A stretch of DNA of 31,918 bases, from positions 1-31,918 of the IMG/VR virus record IMGVR_UViG_3300030095_005310. The stretch is one strand, 5' to 3'. Below, in pieces: positions 26,668-31,918 of this stretch. Under the pieces are notes generated by a model. It had not been told where the DNA came from. It ran no database searches and was given only the letters and a program-made list of their open reading frames with translations. Position 1 is the first letter of the stretch; every line of letters starts with the position of its first letter. A program made the position numbers and the translations under genes. The DNA is from a virus. Lineage: Duplodnaviria; Caudoviricetes.

Positions 26668-26788
26668 AAGGTGTAGCGAACCTTTTTTTTGGGCAAGGTG
26701 TGGCTCACCTCCCCTCTCAAGATCACTTTTATTTTGGCCAAGGTGTGGCTCACCTTTTAACTTTTTTGCCGCAGGTGTGGCTCACCTT
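26668..26788 (+). promoter_or_regulatory. Cluster of four operators (AAGGTGTGGCTCACCTT consensus)
   Basis: Copies start at 26668 (degenerate), 26695, 26740 and 26772, upstream of the early operon. Confidence 0.8.
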
Positions 26789-26802
26789 TTTAAAACTTAC
26801 AG

Positions 26803-26961
26803 ATGACAATTAAAGACGTTGCCGAATATTTCGGCGTAAGCACAAAAACGGTTCACCGTTGGAAAAACGCGAAGCTTTTTAAGTATCAAAAATTTTCCTC
26901 GCGAACCATCCGAGTACAACCCGAAGAAATTAAACGATTCGAAAAAAGGCGAACACAATGA
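26803..26961 (+). CDS. Excisionase-like HTH protein (absent from the ORF track)
   Basis: MTIKDVAEYFGVSTKTVHRWKNAKLFKYQKFSSRTIRVQPEEIKRFEKRRTQ, 52 aa. Confidence 0.85.
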   Translation: MTIKDVAEYFGVSTKTVHRWKNAKLFKYQKFSSRTIRVQPEEIKRFEKRRTQ

Positions 26962-27140
26962 AAACGCAAATCAACCCAACTTGGGCCGCGTGTTTCGCGG
27001 CAACTAGCAACCGCAAAAGCATCCGCACAACGCGCAAAAAACGCCCGGAAGTTTATCCCCCCTGCCCTGCTTGCAAAGGCGTCGCTTGGGCATTCACGGC
27101 CGTTGCAATCACTACAATCATTCTTTTGGCAGCATTATGA
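26958..27140 (+). CDS. Small protein with CxxC and a C-terminal TM
   Basis: ATGA-coupled at both ends. Confidence 0.6.
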   Translation: MKTQINPTWAACFAATSNRKSIRTTRKKRPEVYPPCPACKGVAWAFTAVAITTIILLAAL

Positions 27141-27454
27141 TCGATCAATCGGAAATGAGCTTTGAAGCGCCAAAAACAGAGTCACAAAAAGCGTTTGAAA
27201 ACTTCGACCAATCAAATCCGCGTGTGTGGCAATTGTTTGTTCATTTCGCACACGAAGTAATTCAAGCCCAAGCGGATCACTTTGGTTCAATGGCAATCAT
27301 TCAGCGAATCCGCTGGGAAACATCAATTGCAACTTCGGGCGGCGATTACAAAATCAACAACAACTTCGCCCCATTTTACGCCCGCAAATTTCACAAAGAA
27401 TTTCCAAAACACGACGGGTTTTTTCGTACCCGTGAAAGTGTGGCGGATGCATAA
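27137..27454 (+). CDS. Phage hypothetical protein
   Basis: 'NPRVWQLF', 'IIQRIRWE', 'YKINNNFAPFYAR', 'FFRTR'. Confidence 0.7.
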   Translation: MIDQSEMSFEAPKTESQKAFENFDQSNPRVWQLFVHFAHEVIQAQADHFGSMAIIQRIRWETSIATSGGDYKINNNFAPFYARKFHKEFPKHDGFFRTRESVADA

Positions 27455-27469
27455 AAACCAAAAACCAAA

Positions 27470-28261
27470 ATGACTACAGAAATCGCAAAGAAAAAAGACA
27501 CGCGAACAATCAAGGAGCTTTTACAAAGTGAAGAATTTGCCGAGCAAGTGGCAAAAGCGGCACCGACCTATTTGACGGCCGAGCGTTTGATTCGCGTCGC
27601 TGAAACTACAATGAAACGAATCCCGGCGCTTGAGAAATGCACACAAGCAACCTTGTTTCGTTGCATTTTAGATTGTGCAAGTGCCGGCCTTGAGCCCGAC
27701 GGTCAACACGCCTATTTGATCCCATACAAAGATCAATGCACGTTGATTATTAGCTATAAAGGTTTGCTGGCATTAGCTCGACGAAACGGCGTCAACGCAA
27801 CGTCAAAGGTTGTCCGAGAAAACGATTTGTTTGAAGTGATCGAAGACGACGGCACCGGCGCAACGCAAGTAAAGCATCAAGTCGATTACACAAAGCCCCG
27901 CGGCGACTTGGTTTGCGTTTATTCACGGGCCAAATGGTCACAAGACGGTTTTGACTTTTTAGATTATGAAGTGATGACCCGCGACGAATGTGAGGCAATT
28001 CGAAATCGGTCAAAAGCCGGCCAATCCGGGCCTTGGAAAACTGATTTCGATGAAATGTGCCGCAAGACAGTTATTCGGCGCCATTCGAAGCGTTGGCCAT
28101 TATCGCCCGAGGTTCAGCATTCACTTGAAAAGGATGATGACGCGCCCGATTTCAACAAAAAGTTCAACGCGGCAAAGCCAATATTCAACACGCCGGCCGA
28201 GCTTCCCGAGCCCGACGAAATCCCAATGGATGACGCCCCCGAACGAAAGGCCGAAAAATGA
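27470..28261 (+). CDS. recT: RecT-family single-strand annealing protein
   Basis: 'GLEPDGQHAYLIPY', 'ISYKGLLALARR', 'PWKTDFDEMCRKTVIRR'. Confidence 0.93.
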   Translation: MTTEIAKKKDTRTIKELLQSEEFAEQVAKAAPTYLTAERLIRVAETTMKRIPALEKCTQATLFRCILDCASAGLEPDGQHAYLIPYKDQCTLIISYKGLLALARRNGVNATSKVVRENDLFEVIEDDGTGATQVKHQVDYTKPRGDLVCVYSRAKWSQDGFDFLDYEVMTRDECEAIRNRSKAGQSGPWKTDFDEMCRKTVIRRHSKRWPLSPEVQHSLEKDDDAPDFNKKFNAAKPIFNTPAELPEPDEIPMDDAPERKAEK

Positions 28262-29331
28262 CCGACGAACGCCAAGGCTTACCAAGCGCCAGCAATTTTG
28301 ATCGCTTTGAAAAATGCCGCGGAAGTTGGCAAGCAGAACAAGGTTTGCCCGACGAATCAAATGACATGAGTCGAGCGGGCGACCTTGGGCACGCTTGTCT
28401 TGCCGGTGAAATTCACATTGATGAACTTGACGACGAAACGGCCAAGACGGTCATCATTGCCAAGGGATTTGAGGAACGCCGGCTTGAATCGTATGGCTTC
28501 AAAAACGCCGAGCAAATACGCGAAGAACGCCTTTGGTTTGAGATTGACGGCAAGAAAAAATTCAGCGGCAAGCCTGACCTTGTTTGCCTAAAAGGCCGGC
28601 ACGCTCTGATCATTGACTACAAGACCGGGCCAATCCCGGTTGAACACGCTGCCGCAAATATGCAATTGCGGGCGTTGATGCTTTTGGTTGATCACAATTA
28701 CGGGCCATTTGAAACGATCACTACTTGCATACTTCAGCCAAGAGCGACCGAAAAACAATGGACTTCGTGCATGTACGACCAAGCCGACATTGAATTTTCA
28801 TATCACTACATTTTGCAATTGTTGGAAACTGTAAACGCCCCAAATGCGCCCCGCCACGCAAGCGAAAGCGGATGCCGATATTGCAAAGCCAACACAACTT
28901 GCCCCGAAACTGAAAAGAGCATGACCGAACTTGAAGCAAACGCATCGAATTTGATGCTAATACCAAACGCGGAGATTTTGCAGAAATGCGCCATCGTCAA
29001 AAAGGTCATTGCCAAGATCGAGGCAAACGCCAAAGCGGCATTAACTGAAAACCCCGAAGCGATTCCGGGCTACAAATTAAAGCCGGGCGCCACACGTCAA
29101 CAAATCACAAACCCCGAAGGCGTGTTTTACAATGCGGCAATTCACGGCGTTGACGGTCAGGAATTTGCCGGCATTTGTGACGTTAACAAAACGAAGCTGA
29201 AAGGGTTGATCAAGCAAAAGACAGGGCACAAGGGCAAACAACTCGACGAAACGATTGCCAACATTTTAGAGGGCAACACAACCAAAAAACAAAACGCGCC
29301 AAGCTTGGCAAAGCATATTTTCGATGAATGA
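28258..29331 (+). CDS. PD-(D/E)XK exonuclease (Cas4-like / DUF2800-like), RecT partner
   Basis: 'GKPDL', 'IIDYKTG', 'NMQL', N-terminal Cys plus 'CRYCKANTTCP'. Confidence 0.85.
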   Translation: MTDERQGLPSASNFDRFEKCRGSWQAEQGLPDESNDMSRAGDLGHACLAGEIHIDELDDETAKTVIIAKGFEERRLESYGFKNAEQIREERLWFEIDGKKKFSGKPDLVCLKGRHALIIDYKTGPIPVEHAAANMQLRALMLLVDHNYGPFETITTCILQPRATEKQWTSCMYDQADIEFSYHYILQLLETVNAPNAPRHASESGCRYCKANTTCPETEKSMTELEANASNLMLIPNAEILQKCAIVKKVIAKIEANAKAALTENPEAIPGYKLKPGATRQQITNPEGVFYNAAIHGVDGQEFAGICDVNKTKLKGLIKQKTGHKGKQLDETIANILEGNTTKKQNAPSLAKHIFDE

Positions 29332-29692
29332 CAAATTGCCCCCAATGCGCCCGGTGAACGGTGAAACATTTAAAAACACGCGGCCAAACCGAAACAACAA
29401 CAACATCGAACTCGGTGAAAGGATTGCTTCAAGAGTTGCCGAAATATACGGCACAACATTTGACGAACTAAAGGGCCAAAAGCGAACGGAATTATTGTCA
29501 TGGCAACGATCTGTTGCAATGGACATTTGCCAAATTGCGGGGCTCAGTCAGGAGACAACCGGCAAAGTGTTTAACCGCGGTCATTCAACGGTTTCGTATG
29601 CTCGAAAACGAGTAAACAACTTTTGTCATGTTCACAAAGATTTGGCCGAAGATCGGGCCAAGGTGCTTGCCGAGTTTGTTGATCTGAAATGA
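29324..29692 (+). CDS. Stand-alone DnaA C-terminal (domain IV) HTH protein
   Basis: 'VAEIYG..ELKGQKR...QRSVAM...TGKVFNRGHSTV'. Confidence 0.8.
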   Translation: MNDKLPPMRPVNGETFKNTRPNRNNNNIELGERIASRVAEIYGTTFDELKGQKRTELLSWQRSVAMDICQIAGLSQETTGKVFNRGHSTVSYARKRVNNFCHVHKDLAEDRAKVLAEFVDLK

Positions 29693-30135
29693 ATACGCAT
29701 CTAGGTCATTTCTTTGCCGCCGGCATTCCCAAACCGCAACCCCGACCGCGGGCCGTTGCAATCAATGGGGTTGTTCGAATGTATACCCCAAGCAACGTCA
29801 AGGGATGGCGCCAATCGGTAAAAATTGCAGTAATCAACGAAGGCGTGAAACCCGTGCAACCATTAGCCGGCTCAATCAGCGTCAACTTGGGTTTTATATT
29901 TGAACGCCCCAAGTCGCATTTTAGATCGGGAAAATATTCGCATTTATTAAAAGACGACGCGCCCGACTTTCACATAAAAAAACCCGATTGTGACAATCTA
30001 GCCAAGGCCGTTTTAGACGTATTAACCGAGCTTAAAATTTGGCACGACGATTCCCAAGTGACGCACCTGACAACAACAAAACAGTATGGAGACAAAAGCG
30101 GATGTTTAATTTCAATTTTAGAGGTAAGCCAATAA
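29689..30135 (+). CDS. rusA: RusA Holliday junction resolvase
   Basis: 'PKPQPRPR', 'KPDCDNLAKAVLDVL', 'WHDDSQV'. Confidence 0.93.
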   Translation: MNTHLGHFFAAGIPKPQPRPRAVAINGVVRMYTPSNVKGWRQSVKIAVINEGVKPVQPLAGSISVNLGFIFERPKSHFRSGKYSHLLKDDAPDFHIKKPDCDNLAKAVLDVLTELKIWHDDSQVTHLTTTKQYGDKSGCLISILEVSQ

Positions 30136-30198
30136 TCAGAATTAAAAAAACTTTGAGCGACAAAACGCTTCAAAAACTAATAAGAACCAAAACACAAA

Positions 30199-30600
30199 AT
30201 GAACGCATTCAATAAAGTGATATTAATGGGAAACCTGACCCGTGACCCGGAATTGAGATACACACCAAAAGGCACGGCAGTCGCCAAGCTGAGTTTGGCA
30301 CTAAATCGGAAATACACCGACAAAGACGGGCAAAGCGTCGAAGAAACAACATTCGTTGACGTGGACGCCTTTGGAAAAACGGCCGAAACAATTGGCAAAC
30401 ATATGCAAAAAGGCCGGGCAATATTGCTTGAGGGACGTTTAAAAATGGACGAATGGGAAGACCAAGCAACCGGCAAACGCCGGCACAAGCTGAACGTGAT
30501 ATTGGAAAGATTCAACTTCGTGGGCGGCAAAAGCGACAACCCTGCCCCAAGTGAGCCCACAAACAAAAGCCCGATTGATGATGCCGACGTGCCGTTTTGA
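30199..30600 (+). CDS. ssb: Single-stranded DNA-binding protein
   Basis: 'NKVILMGNLTRDPELRYTP'; C-terminal 'DVPF'. Confidence 0.97.
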   Translation: MNAFNKVILMGNLTRDPELRYTPKGTAVAKLSLALNRKYTDKDGQSVEETTFVDVDAFGKTAETIGKHMQKGRAILLEGRLKMDEWEDQATGKRRHKLNVILERFNFVGGKSDNPAPSEPTNKSPIDDADVPF

Positions 30601-30603
30601 GCC

Positions 30604-31527
30604 ATGCCAAACAGGATACTCAGAGATTGGACTGATAGCCATGCGGTGAACGATTTGACGGCCGAGGAAGAACGTTTTTTTACCCGGCTTTTAATGAAGG
30701 CAGACGACTTTGGCCGTTTTCACGGTCACGATAGGCTTTTGAATGCCAATTTGTTCCCATTGCACAAATTTGATGATGCCCAAGTCGGCATTTGGCGCGA
30801 TGCGTGTGAACAGGCGGGAGTCTTGAAACGCTACAAGGACACCAAAAACCGCCAATTCATTGAGGTTTTGAACTTTAAACAACGCACACGGCAGCAAGTT
30901 TCCAAGTTTCCAAACCCCGATGACGGTCAATTGACGGTCAATGGGCAGTCAAATGACGGTCACATGACAGTCACACGACCGTCAATTGACCGCCTAGACG
31001 GAGACGGAGACGGAGACGGAGACGGAGACGGAGACGGAGGCGGGGTCGGTAAGCCAACCAACCAACCTGACCAACCTGACCAACCTCCCCCCTTGTCATT
31101 CTTTTTGGAGACATTCAACAAATGGGACGAAGCCAAGGTTCGTGAAGTGTTTGACTCGTTTGAGCGTGGAAACTGGATGTGGGGAAAGAATCCCGTGAAA
31201 GATTACGTCGAAGCGTTTCACTTGCGGTTGGCCGACCGAATCAAAGCAGCAGTTGAAACCAACCCGCTTAGCAACGTGTTGGCTCAATTGGAAACGGCAA
31301 TGGGCGAAGCACACAAACCAAACGGGAGTTATTCAAATGGCAAGAAACCATTCATATCCGAGCTAAAGGAGAAACGGAGAGTGTACCAAGATCAAATCGA
31401 TGAGCTACGGGCACGGGGCAATCACTATGCAGACGGATTCCAATACGAAAGCAGAGACGACAAGCTCAAGGCGATTGAGTTGAAAAAGAAAATGAAACAA
31501 GTGGATCAAGAAATTTTGGATTCATAG
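30604..31527 (+). CDS. Replication initiator (replisome organiser)
   Basis: 'MPNRILR...RLLMKADDFGRF...LFP' N-terminus; internal iteron array. Confidence 0.8.
   Translation: MPNRILRDWTDSHAVNDLTAEEERFFTRLLMKADDFGRFHGHDRLLNANLFPLHKFDDAQVGIWRDACEQAGVLKRYKDTKNRQFIEVLNFKQRTRQQVSKFPNPDDGQLTVNGQSNDGHMTVTRPSIDRLDGDGDGDGDGDGDGGGVGKPTNQPDQPDQPPPLSFFLETFNKWDEAKVREVFDSFERGNWMWGKNPVKDYVEAFHLRLADRIKAAVETNPLSNVLAQLETAMGEAHKPNGSYSNGKKPFISELKEKRRVYQDQIDELRARGNHYADGFQYESRDDKLKAIELKKKMKQVDQEILDS
30921..30995. repeat. Iteron array / probable replication origin
   Basis: Seven TGACNGTCA-like units at an exact 11-bp period. Confidence 0.8.
30997..31038 (+). repeat. (GACGGA)7 tandem repeat encoding (DG)7
   Basis: Seven perfect copies. 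Confidence 0.95.
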
Positions 31528-31863
31528 ATGGATGAAGATGCCGCGCACTACTTAGCCGCGGCAGTCATCGAGCAAGGCGTTCGCGATTGGCGAGCAGCAA
31601 GGCACGCAAAACTTATCGACATGAACGGCAATACAATCCCCCAAAACCTTGGCAAGCTTACAAGCAGCAAAGCAGTAGCCACGTTCGAAACTGTTCCCGA
31701 GGTTATGAGCTTAAAAACGTTTTTCTTTGATGGAGGCGTTGAAGCTTGGGTTGCGTTTGCGGGTTTTAAATTGGATGTCGATTTGATCGTTGGCGGGCTC
31801 GAAAGGTCGGTTGATAACTCGCGACAGTATTTGCATTGGCATCGTCAGGCGAACCGAAGATGA
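31528..31863 (+). CDS. Hypothetical protein; candidate late-gene activator by position
   Basis: 'LAAAVIEQGVRDW...LKTFFF'; last gene before the genome end. Confidence 0.55.
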   Translation: MDEDAAHYLAAAVIEQGVRDWRAARHAKLIDMNGNTIPQNLGKLTSSKAVATFETVPEVMSLKTFFFDGGVEAWVAFAGFKLDVDLIVGGLERSVDNSRQYLHWHRQANRR

Positions 31864-31904
31864 CCCCCCCCGCAAGGAATCTCTTTGAAAGACGTTTCAT
31901 AACT

Positions 31905-31918
31905 GGTTTCCGGTGCTG
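31905..31918 (+). repeat. Terminal direct repeat, right copy
   Basis: Identical to 1-14. Confidence 0.85.

Larger units (their letters stand above)
1..31918 (+). mobile_element. Complete temperate siphovirus genome (lambda-like packaging and head module)
   Basis: Packaging, head, tail, lysis-like, integration and replication modules are all present; attP is intact; the ends share a direct repeat. Confidence 0.95.

Noticed and set aside
26668-26788. Possible mini-CRISPR array
   Set aside because: Repeats are only about 17 nt with irregular 10, 28 and 15 nt gaps, and a solo copy lies at 25654; this fits operators
28258-29331. Cas4 / CRISPR adaptation gene
   Set aside because: Adjacent to recT with no cas1 or array; it is a recombination exonuclease
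31881-31904. Sixth copy of the late promoter motif (CTTTGAAAGACGT)
   Set aside because: Poor match and no -10-like hexamer at the conserved offset
1-31918. Stop-codon reassignment
   Set aside because: The standard code gives dense, full-length genes, and TAA, TGA and TAG all end genes

Overview
This window looks like the complete genome (about 31.9 kb) of a temperate, lambda-type siphovirus, with every credible gene on the + strand. The two ends share a 14-nt direct repeat just upstream of the small terminase, probably the cos overhang. Gene order is: terS, small HTH gene, GpA terminase, an AT-rich cassette of tiny genes with its own promoter/operator/terminator, head genes, neck genes, a LamG fibre module, a lysis-like cluster (two holin-like genes, two Rz/Rz1-like pairs, no recognisable endolysin), two paralogous tail-tube genes, short tape measure, tail tip, attP (tRNA-Pro 3' end), tyrosine integrase, RHH repressor with five GGTG-N5-CACC-type operators, Xis-like HTH, RecT, PD-(D/E)XK nuclease, DnaA domain IV protein, RusA, SSB and an iteron-containing replication initiator. 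SSB and integrase motifs suggest a Verrucomicrobiota/PVC host (inference). The strongest leads are a five-copy CCCTTGARATGT late-promoter motif with leaderless geometry, a candidate sRNA antisense to early-gene leaders, an Acr/Aca-like cassette, apparently endolysin-free lysis and the duplicated tail tube. All calls come from motif recognition and synteny; no searches were run.
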